IMG/VR virus record: IMGVR_UViG_3300015050_000842
Span: 1-64,000 of that record
Origin: a virus
Taxonomy: Duplodnaviria > Caudoviricetes
Reading direction: 5' to 3' (one strand)
Length of the DNA stretch: 64,000 nucleotides
Shown here piece by piece: positions 19,333-28,580 of this stretch. The notes below the pieces were generated by a model. The model made no database searches. It had not been told where the DNA came from and saw only the letters and a program-made list of their open reading frames with translations. The position numbers and the translations under genes are program-made. Every line of letters begins with the position of its first letter. Position 1 is the stretch's first letter.

Positions 19333-20280
19333 TTACCCTCTTACACCTATAAAACTCTTTTGTGAATTAACTGCAACTGAAAATAACCTCAACTTCGTAG
19401 ACTCCGTAGTAATAATCTCTACTAATATCCAATTGCCCTTTAATACATCACCGTTCACTATTCCACCGACACTATTTATATCTCGCATAAATGAAGCTGA
19501 ATACACGCCCTCTACGCTATTGATTGTTACTGTTGTGACTCCGTCATCCAATGTAGATTTTGTGAAGTCCTCGGCTATTAAATCGCTTACCTGACCTAAA
19601 CTTGTTTCTACTCCTTCCTCTGTGGTTATCATTAGCATATTACTCTGTATCGACATACTCTCAAACGTGCTTACAAAAGTGACGTTCTGATTGAAAGGCA
19701 TATTGATAATCGTATTATACTGCACTCCGTAGAAATTATTACGACTAGCTGAATTATTTTCGTGTAAGTATAACTGTCCCTCTTTAAACGTATAAAGGTT
19801 GATAAACAGTCCAAATCCGCAGTCAGGGTTGTAGGTATAGAATGAACTCCACTTATTGTTTTTCTCGCTATAAACGATATTGTTACGCTGTTTAGCAGTA
19901 GTAACCGTTGCGGTGTTTTTTATGTTGAAGATTGAAACTACGCAGTCCGCAGTAGAATAGAACCGTAGTCGTGGACTTGACCCTGCACAAAGTAAAGTTT
20001 CCTGAAAGAATCCTGTGGTTATGCGTTGCGTTCCTGCCGTTGTACCCATAAATGCCTGTAAGTATAATACCCCTGCACTTCCTGTGATACTTGTTATCGA
20101 ATACGTTATCTCGTAGGTCTGTCCTGCTTCAATCGTATAACCGTTTAAGTAGATACTCCCTGCATTACACGCTTCGTGAGTGGCAATATTATCAGCAAAA
20201 GACCAACCTGTTGTAACAGACTGTGCTACTAAATCAATATCTATTGGCGTATTTTCAAGCGTGGTGAAACTCATACCCAA
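19333..20280 (-). CDS. C-terminal half of the crAss-like tail stabilisation (muzzle) protein, with its own N-terminal beta-sandwich domain
   Basis: IVYSEKNNKWSSFYTYNPD...YTFKEGQLYLHEN...RNNFYG matches the conserved C-terminus of this family. Confidence 0.7.
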   Translation of the reverse strand: MGMSFTTLENTPIDIDLVAQSVTTGWSFADNIATHEACNAGSIYLNGYTIEAGQTYEITYSITSITGSAGVLYLQAFMGTTAGTQRITTGFFQETLLCAGSSPRLRFYSTADCVVSIFNIKNTATVTTAKQRNNIVYSEKNNKWSSFYTYNPDCGFGLFINLYTFKEGQLYLHENNSASRNNFYGVQYNTIINMPFNQNVTFVSTFESMSIQSNMLMITTEEGVETSLGQVSDLIAEDFTKSTLDDGVTTVTINSVEGVYSASFMRDINSVGGIVNGDVLKGNWILVEIITTESTKLRLFSVAVNSQKSFIGVRG

Positions 20281-20286
20281 AGATAG

Positions 20287-21075
20287 TTACATTTTAAAAT
20301 ACTTTTTATAGTAGGTGTAGTTCAGTTTATTGACGTTCTGCATCAGAAAAACAATGTACGGGTTGTATAGTCTTTCAAGTTCAAAGTGATTAATCGGTGT
20401 TAATCTCTCCTTTGCGTAATCCGTAGATTTCTCTTTATGGTTTTCAAAGTTATTAGGGTTGTCTATATCTCCGCTTTGTTTATGTCCTGCAATCTCTTGT
20501 GGGTCTGACCAATTAAAACAGTAACTTGGAACGTAGTTTTTGTTATGTTCATCTAACTCTCCCTCATCTCTTAACTTAGAATACCAACTTAATCCCTCAT
20601 ATCCTGTTAGGTCTGTTCTGAATCCTATTTCTCTTATCCTATCCATTTTAACAATAACACTTGCTTCCATTGTGTTACGTGATAACTCTATTCCGTTGGC
20701 ACTTGCAAATAATGAGTATTCAGGTTTCCACGCATCTTTGCCTGTTTCTTGAATCTCTTTGACTGCTTGTTCAATATGCCACTTGAAATACAAATCGTCA
20801 TCGTCTCCGAGCATGAAATAATCCCCTGTGGCGTGAGTTATAGCATCTGTAAGTATTTCCCCTCTGTTCTTATAATCTTCGTTTGTAGCGTAGTATTTGG
20901 CGTTATTCACTACAATTATAGAGTCATCCTTGAATCCTAACTCAATCGGGTGTTCGGTATCGGTATTAAAGATGATTAGTTCCTTATTTTGGTAGGACTG
21001 TGCCTGATACATGGCTACTATTCTACGTACGCAGTAGAATCTTCTATACGTAGTACAAACGAAGCTGACTTTCAT
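20287..21075 (-). CDS. Glycosyltransferase family 2
   Basis: VSFVCTTYRR...QSYQNKELIIFN...YFMLGDDDDLY (GT-A fold with DxD). Confidence 0.85.
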   Translation of the reverse strand: MKVSFVCTTYRRFYCVRRIVAMYQAQSYQNKELIIFNTDTEHPIELGFKDDSIIVVNNAKYYATNEDYKNRGEILTDAITHATGDYFMLGDDDDLYFKWHIEQAVKEIQETGKDAWKPEYSLFASANGIELSRNTMEASVIVKMDRIREIGFRTDLTGYEGLSWYSKLRDEGELDEHNKNYVPSYCFNWSDPQEIAGHKQSGDIDNPNNFENHKEKSTDYAKERLTPINHFELERLYNPYIVFLMQNVNKLNYTYYKKYFKM

Positions 21076-21684
21076 CTAAATAAATTTATTTGTTTCATTA
21101 CCCCAAGAATACCAACCATTTGAATTTTGACGAGCAAATAATTCTAATTTAATTGCATCAGGGTATAGTTCTTCAATTCTTGACCTTGCATCATTTGGTT
21201 TTCTACTATGCTCTTTGCGTTCTGCTTCAATCAACTGCCTTACATTGTTTGATTTCTTAAAATCTTTCATACTTCCTTTTATGCCAAGCAAACATATTTC
21301 AGTTGATTTTAGAGTATGTGGTGCAAAATTTAAAACTGTTTTACCTGTACTTGTTTTTTTAAGCCAAACAAAAGCAATAGTTTTATACTTAAATCCCCAT
21401 GATTCCATTACTTCAATACCATCTTTTAAGTGACTATCAGTAACCCACATAAAACAAGCACAATTTTTATCAGTAATTTCTTTTACAGGTAGTTCTTTTA
21501 TTTGGTCAATAGTCATTGTAGCATAAATACGTTCAATAGTCCTAAATCTATTTTCTCGTTTATCACTACCTTTTTTTTTATCTCCGTATAACTCCTTACT
21601 TCCATATTGCCAAGCAGGGTCAGCATAAATAACATTGTATTTTCTACCCTTGCAAAACATTAATAAATTATCCGAATCTTCCAT
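21076..21684 (-). CDS. MT-A70 family N6-adenine methyltransferase
   Basis: YNVIYADPAW, FMWVTDSHL..GIEVMESWGFKYKT, EHSRKP, KLELFAR. Confidence 0.9.
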   Translation of the reverse strand: MEDSDNLLMFCKGRKYNVIYADPAWQYGSKELYGDKKKGSDKRENRFRTIERIYATMTIDQIKELPVKEITDKNCACFMWVTDSHLKDGIEVMESWGFKYKTIAFVWLKKTSTGKTVLNFAPHTLKSTEICLLGIKGSMKDFKKSNNVRQLIEAERKEHSRKPNDARSRIEELYPDAIKLELFARQNSNGWYSWGNETNKFI

Positions 21685-21685
21685 T

Positions 21686-22276
21686 TTACCTAAATAATAA
21701 TACTTGGCTATCCATAAAATACAATACTCTGAATCCGTTTTTAATCAGATAAGGTATGCTTAACTTTCCTTTACCGTTCCACTCATCATCAAAAACATCG
21801 TCAATAAGCACAAAACAGTTATCATTTAACTTATTCCAAACTGCCTTTAGTTCGTTCAACTGATGTTCGTGGCATTTACGTACATTTTCTTCATCACCAC
21901 AGTAATCAAAGCTATCTAAGAACAGAAAGTCTATTGGTCTGTGAAAGTTTTTAAGAAACTCGATGCTATCTTGCTTTTTGTAGGTTACGTATTGACTTTC
22001 AGGAACGACTTCTTTGGCTTTAGATAAATGATTGTCGTCTATATCCACTACGTACACACTTGAATTGGTTAGTTTAGCATACCACTCCCAATTTAATGTA
22101 CTCCAACCATCACCGAATCTGCTTTCCTCTGTTGTGTTTCGGATGCAACCCGTTTCAACAATGACTATTGGTCGGCTATACGTGGCTAATAATAGGTTTA
22201 ATACGTTAGTAAAGGACTTATGACGACCTGTTATCGGTCTATCAGAACTGATTTCTTGCCAACTTCCTGAATCCAT
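21686..22276 (-). CDS. Class I SAM-dependent methyltransferase (Methyltransf_24-like); start uncertain
   Basis: IVETGC...VYVVDID...DSIEFL...IDFLFLDS...VLIDD. Confidence 0.8.
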   Translation of the reverse strand: MDSGSWQEISSDRPITGRHKSFTNVLNLLLATYSRPIVIVETGCIRNTTEESRFGDGWSTLNWEWYAKLTNSSVYVVDIDDNHLSKAKEVVPESQYVTYKKQDSIEFLKNFHRPIDFLFLDSFDYCGDEENVRKCHEHQLNELKAVWNKLNDNCFVLIDDVFDDEWNGKGKLSIPYLIKNGFRVLYFMDSQVLLFR

Positions 22277-23169
22277 TGATAGTATTTTTTTGATGCTGTT
22301 TCCGCTTTGATATGTAAAGGTACATTATATGGTAGACAATTCATATAGTCGCACTTATAAAATAATTCACTTTTATTATCAACTACTCCTGCGTTGTGAA
22401 AAATGTTGTACTGATTATACACTTCCTCACTACTTGTACCCCAACTGAAATCAAAATTTTCATGTACCACGGTTTCATATCCACGTTTCCAACCGTTCCA
22501 TAATACCGAAAACATATCGCTACACCAAATTTGCAATTCGTGATAATCGGGCTTTTCTTTTTTGATTTCGTTGTTTAAGTCCGTAATTTCTTTGAACAAT
22601 CGCTCTGAATCTCTTTCACATTCAGCCCAATAATCAGCATCTATTCCTTTCATTAGATACTGCGCCCCGATACAGTTTAATTCATTCGATATAACGAGTT
22701 CTTTGTCTATTCCGACAATATCACACATCGCATCCAATATCTGCTCTCCTTTGCCTCGTATGTACTCCGCAGAGATATAGAATCGTGTGTTTGAACCGTA
22801 CCACTTATTATCAGTCAGCATTTCTTCCGTAATCCAACTTGTAGGTGGCTTAGTAAATATTATATCGCAGTCGTGATAGAAAATAACCTCGTCTTTTAAT
22901 TCAGGGAATCTCTGCCAATGTTGCTTTAAGATATTTGGTCTTATTGAGGAAATGTAGTGTCGTGTTTCTCTCGTATCGTTGTAGAACAAGAATCGTGCAG
23001 GGTAGTGATTAGCTAACTTACTCCACGTATTAGGAATTACACCGTTCTCTTTATAGCATACAATGTCTATTTGATTAGGGTTAATACCCATAGCCATGAA
23101 ATTTTGTAGCATTACTTCCGTTTGCCAAACATAGTAAGCAGTACAAGGTTGTGCAGAAACAAATCTCAT
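22231..23169 (-). CDS. GT96/GT95-like (SERGT1/HPAT-type) protein O-glycosyltransferase
   Basis: MRFVSAQPCTAYYVWQT..F...G and YISSIRP....HW...IFYHDCDIIFTKP parallel the plant SERGT1 (C..YFDWQT; INKP; D.DMI) and HPAT (NRP; DH.F..P) motifs. ATG at 23169 lies 1 nt after the upstream stop. Confidence 0.65.
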   Translation of the reverse strand: MRFVSAQPCTAYYVWQTEVMLQNFMAMGINPNQIDIVCYKENGVIPNTWSKLANHYPARFLFYNDTRETRHYISSIRPNILKQHWQRFPELKDEVIFYHDCDIIFTKPPTSWITEEMLTDNKWYGSNTRFYISAEYIRGKGEQILDAMCDIVGIDKELVISNELNCIGAQYLMKGIDADYWAECERDSERLFKEITDLNNEIKKEKPDYHELQIWCSDMFSVLWNGWKRGYETVVHENFDFSWGTSSEEVYNQYNIFHNAGVVDNKSELFYKCDYMNCLPYNVPLHIKAETASKKYYQWIQEVGKKSVLIDR

Positions 23170-23170
23170 A

Positions 23171-26100
23171 TTACATGAACGATGTCGTTGTTGTACTTGT
23201 GGTTGTCGGTGTTGAAGCACAAACTACAATATTGGTTACATTTCCATTCACATCCACGTTTCCTACATATCTGATTGCTAAATCATCAGCCGTACTGAAA
23301 CTTACAAAGTCACCGTCATTTGGAACTCCTGTCCACTCTCCAACTAATATTGAAGTGTTGAAGAATTGTGTTACTGTCATAGGGTCGTTAGACGCTGCGT
23401 AAACAGTTATCGGTTGTCCGTAAAGCGGAGTCATAACAGCACACGCATCAGGTCTACTTGCAGGGTCACTTCCATACAGTCTGTACTCTCTCGGTGCAGC
23501 AGTAGTGGTAGTTGTTGTTGTCGTAGTCGTTGTGGTCGGCTCTGGCTCGGTTGTCGTAGTCGTAGTCGGTGCTGCGGTTGTGGTCGTAGTTGTAGGTGCA
23601 ATTGTTGTTGTAGTCGTAGGCGCAACCGTTGTAGTGGTTGTGGTTGTTGGTGCAATCGTAGTCGTTGTAGTCGGTGCGATTGTGGTTGTAGTTGTTGTAC
23701 TTGTAGTAGTGGTTGTAGTTGTGGTAGCAACCGCAGTAGTCACAGTATAAGTATCAGATACGCAACCAACAGTTAATGTAGTCGATACAGCAGTACTTGG
23801 ACTTGCAGATGCAGTAACCCTTACCTCTACATAATCATTATTTACAACTGTTCCTGCAACACTTGTCCAACTGCCTGTTCCGTTCACACGATATTCACCA
23901 CCGCCTCCTGAAATACTAATTGCAGTCGGAATGTCAATGTCGATAATCAATACTTGATTGGAAGTATAAACCTCTCCCCATTGTGCATCAGTAACGTCTA
24001 AGAAGTTAATTACGTTAGGGCAGTCATCCCCTGCAACAATAGTTAAACAAACTCTTTTTGTCGTTAAAACACCACCACTCGGAGTAAAGCTAAACGTGAA
24101 GTTGTCTGTGCCTGTTTCCCCTGTATTTGGAGTGTAGGTCGCAATCCCTGTTCCTGTATTGTACGTAGCAACCCCCTTTGTTCCTTGCGCCGTTAAGCTA
24201 ATATCAGCAGGCGGAATAACATACGTATCGTCTAACTGCCAATTCAATTCATTGAACGGAGTATCAAACAGTATATCACCCTCTGTTTCGGTAGTTAATA
24301 GATACTCGTTGTAGAAAATATCGTAGTAGCCGATAATCTTTTTCCCTGCCTCATAAGCCTCTTGAAGCACTCTCTTGAAGTATTTGCTGTTCTTGCCTGA
24401 AATCGTGTCTACACCGTCTAATCCTGCCCGTATAGGCTCACTTCTGAAAGGGTCAACAAAGTAAATGTTGTTATTCCACTCTGCATAGCTTTCTTTGGCG
24501 TTACCCATTCCGATATTCTTACCGTTGTACCGTACACTATTGAATATTTGAGTGCTTAACGCATATTGTTCTGCCGAAGATTGGTCTTCCACGATTGTTT
24601 GGAATACAGGAACATAACCTACCTTTAACTCCTGCAACACCACTAAGACGTTGTTTCTTTGGCGTATCTTTCTAATCCAACCGTAATTGGATGAAGTTTC
24701 TCCGTCACCATCACCATAAATACTTTCAGGATAAAATCGTGTCAATCCATTTACCAATGAATCACGTTGGAATACCTCTGAATATCTGATACTCGCTTTA
24801 CGTTCTATTCTCCCTCTCTCATCGTTGTACGTTCTTGGCTTTCCATAAGAAGCATAAGCACTTGCATAGAAGTCGCTAAAGTTAAAGTCCTCAACAACTA
24901 AGCTATCCAACTGATTCAGGTCAACACCGTTTGCCATTTCACGGCTTTTCATGTACACATCACCTGCACGAATATCTCCCGAAGTAACGGTATGTACTCC
25001 GTTAGTTATTGGATAGGAAATGCCTACCTCATACATTAACTGTTCGGTGTACTCTGTTGTGCCACTAACTGTTTCTGTTCTCTGTTTAGGCGTGTAAATC
25101 TCTAATAATACGTTATTGTTCTCTAATGTAGCCTGTGATACACCTGACGGAATATTGACCTTTAGAATGTAGTCGATTATTGTCGGGTCTACCGTGTCAA
25201 TAACAATCTCAAAATCCACAACCTCCACATCAATCTTATCCAACCATACTTTCGGTGAAGTGTTATCCGCTAATATGTAATACACAAACGTACACCTATC
25301 TCCTGCTGAATATTCATAACTCAACACGCTTGACGGATAGGCTTCGTTGAATTTCTTTAACGGATTGATGTTAAACGCAAAATAAGTTGAAGTGGTAAGT
25401 GCTGCGTCTAAAGTCCCCTGAACCCACAATGTCGTTTGATGCGTGTTGTTTAACGATAATCCCCAACCGTAATACGCTGCGTCAGCAGGTGGGTCGTGGT
25501 ATATCTCCCAATGAATCATGGATGCTAAACCCTGTATTTGAGAATACGAAGGAGTTTTTACCACATAGTTTTCATCAGTACAAATAGGGAAGTATCTACC
25601 CCACTTATCCTTATACCACAAAAATGTCTGATAGCTTGAATTGGATTTTAATGCTGACCTTGATATTGATGCACCTGTTCCTGCCAAAGCTAAGTCAACA
25701 TTGACTAATAATGCTTTCTCTGTTCCACCGTCAGGGGTTTCGCTACTTCTTCTTGTAGTGAACTGTAAAACCCAATAGAGTGAATCGAATAAATACACCG
25801 TGGTAGGATAAGGCATTGTCGCAGCGAAAGCACGTACCGCAGCCTCCGTATCTCCGTCTTGTCCTGCCGTAACAGTATAAGTCATTGTTTCGTAAACAAC
25901 ATCGGCTAAATTGGAGGTTACTATCGTGAACTCATCACCTGTCTGTGCTGTCCCTGCATAGTAAATTCTTACCTTACGATACGATGTACCGCTTACTCTT
26001 TCTTGTTGCCAATTCTCTACTCGTAATGCTACCGTAGGGTCAGGTGGAACAACGGCTATGTCAGGGTTGTAATTCACTACCTGAACTAACACATCTGTTT

Positions 26101-27160
26101 CAGGTCTGTCATACCCCTCTGTAATTCCGCCTAATGCTAACTGATTGCCATTAATATTCTCTAAAGTTTCACACTTTAAAGGAACGTGGTCGTAATCTAA
26201 GTCGGTTTCTAAGGGGTCGACATTGCTATATAGTCCGTCATTATAGAAACAGAAATAGTACGTATTCGTAGTCGGGTCATACGCCTCTCTAATCTCTGCA
26301 TCTAAATCTATTGCAGTATCAGTAATTGTTAATATGTAATCCCTGTCAACGGTTAGTATATCAAAGAAGTCAAGTGTTCCGATTCGTGCTACTGCCTTTA
26401 TTGTTTGCACTCGGTCTGTGCCTATATCCAATCCTACTATCAATGTATTGTTTGATGTTACGCTTGTTCCAACGGAAGGAGTAGATTCGTTTGTCGGAAC
26501 TTCTCGCTTACTCATTATAGAATATACGCTGTACTCATTGTCTAAGTAGACGTACTGATACATGAATTGGAATAGGCTACCTTTTAATAGGTTTACAGAC
26601 CTTGTATCGTCACTTCCGAACTCTACCGTAGGCACAATCATTGGTTGCGCTTTGATAATTAAAAAGTCATTTTCGGTAAGTACATCGTAACCACCTGCCT
26701 CTAATCGTGTTAGATTAGTCATACAAGGCTGATAGTTTCCGTCAGTCCACGCTAATAGGTAGTCGTTGATTAACTTTATATCGTTGACGTAGTATTCAGG
26801 TGTTAAAGGAAGTATGTTTTCGTTATCAGAGTCAGTCAAATTCTCGAATACATTGGTTTGAGTATTCGCATCGTAATCTAACTTAGCGATAACGTGATAG
26901 AGTTGCGAGTTGAAAATAAAAGAATAGGCGGTACGAGTGATTTCAAAACCTGCTGCCCCGATTGCTTTGTTTATTCCTGTCGGGAGTGTGTTTGCTATTA
27001 ATGAATTGCTTTCAGGGTTGGTTGCAAGACCTTCTTCGCCATCCTCTGTGCCATTTACCCTTAAATTATACGAATCTACAAAATCTGACTGCCCGACAAA
27101 CTCAATGGCATCGTCAAGATTAAGACCTCCGTTATTAAATATTTTAATGTTTTCAGGCAT
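23171..27160 (-). CDS. Tail stabilisation (muzzle) protein, N-terminal half, extended by Ig/cadherin-like domains and a mucin-like poly-Thr stalk
   Basis: GGLNLDD..N start; VLQELKVGY..YFVDPFR..IR..GLD..IS...GYYD..YNEYLLT core; then a Big/cadherin-like domain, a second beta domain, the Thr tract and a Cys-flanked tip domain. Confidence 0.8.
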   Translation of the reverse strand: MPENIKIFNNGGLNLDDAIEFVGQSDFVDSYNLRVNGTEDGEEGLATNPESNSLIANTLPTGINKAIGAAGFEITRTAYSFIFNSQLYHVIAKLDYDANTQTNVFENLTDSDNENILPLTPEYYVNDIKLINDYLLAWTDGNYQPCMTNLTRLEAGGYDVLTENDFLIIKAQPMIVPTVEFGSDDTRSVNLLKGSLFQFMYQYVYLDNEYSVYSIMSKREVPTNESTPSVGTSVTSNNTLIVGLDIGTDRVQTIKAVARIGTLDFFDILTVDRDYILTITDTAIDLDAEIREAYDPTTNTYYFCFYNDGLYSNVDPLETDLDYDHVPLKCETLENINGNQLALGGITEGYDRPETDVLVQVVNYNPDIAVVPPDPTVALRVENWQQERVSGTSYRKVRIYYAGTAQTGDEFTIVTSNLADVVYETMTYTVTAGQDGDTEAAVRAFAATMPYPTTVYLFDSLYWVLQFTTRRSSETPDGGTEKALLVNVDLALAGTGASISRSALKSNSSYQTFLWYKDKWGRYFPICTDENYVVKTPSYSQIQGLASMIHWEIYHDPPADAAYYGWGLSLNNTHQTTLWVQGTLDAALTTSTYFAFNINPLKKFNEAYPSSVLSYEYSAGDRCTFVYYILADNTSPKVWLDKIDVEVVDFEIVIDTVDPTIIDYILKVNIPSGVSQATLENNNVLLEIYTPKQRTETVSGTTEYTEQLMYEVGISYPITNGVHTVTSGDIRAGDVYMKSREMANGVDLNQLDSLVVEDFNFSDFYASAYASYGKPRTYNDERGRIERKASIRYSEVFQRDSLVNGLTRFYPESIYGDGDGETSSNYGWIRKIRQRNNVLVVLQELKVGYVPVFQTIVEDQSSAEQYALSTQIFNSVRYNGKNIGMGNAKESYAEWNNNIYFVDPFRSEPIRAGLDGVDTISGKNSKYFKRVLQEAYEAGKKIIGYYDIFYNEYLLTTETEGDILFDTPFNELNWQLDDTYVIPPADISLTAQGTKGVATYNTGTGIATYTPNTGETGTDNFTFSFTPSGGVLTTKRVCLTIVAGDDCPNVINFLDVTDAQWGEVYTSNQVLIIDIDIPTAISISGGGGEYRVNGTGSWTSVAGTVVNNDYVEVRVTASASPSTAVSTTLTVGCVSDTYTVTTAVATTTTTTTTSTTTTTTIAPTTTTTIAPTTTTTTTVAPTTTTTIAPTTTTTTAAPTTTTTTEPEPTTTTTTTTTTTTAAPREYRLYGSDPASRPDACAVMTPLYGQPITVYAASNDPMTVTQFFNTSILVGEWTGVPNDGDFVSFSTADDLAIRYVGNVDVNGNVTNIVVCASTPTTTSTTTTSFM
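23490..23730 (-). repeat. Mucin-like (I/V/A)AP-T5-7 repeat region
   Basis: About 75 aa of mostly Thr punctuated by AP/EP; Thr codons are mixed (ACT/ACA/ACC/ACG). Confidence 0.95.
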
Positions 27161-27165
27161 ATTGG

Positions 27166-27936
27166 TCAGGCTTTTCCAACAAGTTTTGTTCCAATTCTGG
27201 CGGCGTCAGCAAGCTCATTAAGCACAAACTGATTAATGCGCATAGCTGCTAATCTTCTCTCTCTGTAATACTCTATCTTAAACATTCTCACATCACCCTG
27301 ACTGAATTTCTTACGTAAATCAATTGCATTTTTCCACCTTAAAAAAGCCATAAATGCTTGTTCTGCCTTAGAATCAATTTCGTAGTCATCTGCGTTTTCG
27401 TCATATCCGTCACTCATATACTCCAATACTAATTGACTGTAATGGTTGTGAATATCTAAGATGATTAGTCCGTTGCTTTCATCTACCTTATACGAGCCTA
27501 CTTTTGGTGTTCCGCTATCTGCACCAAACAGATTATAAGACGTTCCGTTATAATAGTAATTGTAGTAGTAATTCGGATAGGTGTCTTGGTCAAAGAACGG
27601 TGTTAATGTATTCAATACAGGCGCACCCTCTTTCCGTAGACTTTGAGTAGTGTAAATACTGTTCCACGTAGATAGTTGGTCGTTACGTTTATAAGTAACC
27701 ACTTCACCCTTATCGTTCAATACTCCGATTTTAGAGTAGGATATATAGTCTTGTGGCAGATTAACTGTTTTGTTCGCATTTACGTCTAATACAACGGTCT
27801 TTATGTTCCCTGTTATGTCAAGGTTAAACTCCCTGCATCCCTGCACTCCGATATTGTATAAACGCCTGAATCCATGAACAGACTCATCGGCACTATTCAG
27901 GAATTGCGATACTAATTTTTTTAATGCTATCTTCAT
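27166..27936 (-). CDS. Tail ring/tubular protein
   Basis: V.LPQDYISYSKIG motif; follows the ring genes in crAss-like order. Confidence 0.65.
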   Translation of the reverse strand: MKIALKKLVSQFLNSADESVHGFRRLYNIGVQGCREFNLDITGNIKTVVLDVNANKTVNLPQDYISYSKIGVLNDKGEVVTYKRNDQLSTWNSIYTTQSLRKEGAPVLNTLTPFFDQDTYPNYYYNYYYNGTSYNLFGADSGTPKVGSYKVDESNGLIILDIHNHYSQLVLEYMSDGYDENADDYEIDSKAEQAFMAFLRWKNAIDLRKKFSQGDVRMFKIEYYRERRLAAMRINQFVLNELADAARIGTKLVGKA

Positions 27937-28580
27937 TGTACTGTCGGTAAATCTCGTGCATCATTCATTACATCTTGCGGAACATTGCCTAACTGCCTTA
28001 ATTTAGTCGTTACCCTGTCAATAATTGACGTTTCCACATTCTTAGGTACGTTCAACTCTCCGTCTAATAAACTTCCTGTGGTTGAAATAGCCCCGACCAT
28101 AGAAATATTGACTGCGGTAAACATATACTGATTGATGTTGTCGTAGTATATCCTGTTATTCTCTCTGTACGCTAAGATTGCGCCCCTTACAGGGTCTAAT
28201 AAGTCCTGCATGAACTTATCCTTGTTCTGCATTGGAATAATCTGTCTACGCCTCCCTATAATGCCTAATGGAGTAATTGACGCTATCTCTTGTCCTTTAG
28301 GTAATGAGATTGGTGTGCTTGGCATGATTGAGTACTTCTGATTTAGCGTACTGTCATACAATACGGCAACATTTGTGAACGTAGAAATAAAGGCATCATT
28401 AGCGAAAGTTGTTTCCCCTGCATTACTATTCTCAAAAGCATCCTTTCTCGCTTCAAAAGCTACTTCCTGTGCAACTAATTCTGCAATGTAACGTAATGAG
28501 AAATTTGCATCATCACTTGGTACGCCTTTGTAGTACAATGTACGTATCTGTTCACTTATCTTTTTATAGGTCGTTGCCAT
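27933..28580 (-). CDS. Tail ring/adaptor protein
   Basis: Position and size typical of crAss-like ring proteins. Confidence 0.6.
   Translation of the reverse strand: MATTYKKISEQIRTLYYKGVPSDDANFSLRYIAELVAQEVAFEARKDAFENSNAGETTFANDAFISTFTNVAVLYDSTLNQKYSIMPSTPISLPKGQEIASITPLGIIGRRRQIIPMQNKDKFMQDLLDPVRGAILAYRENNRIYYDNINQYMFTAVNISMVGAISTTGSLLDGELNVPKNVETSIIDRVTTKLRQLGNVPQDVMNDARDLPTVQ

Noticed and set aside
23490-23730. CRISPR array or DNA tandem repeat
   Set aside because: No constant repeat-spacer structure; the repetition is at the amino-acid level.
23366-23776. Cys/Arg-rich, poly-Val and Gln/Leu-rich ORFs
   Set aside because: Shadow frames of the poly-Thr repeat.
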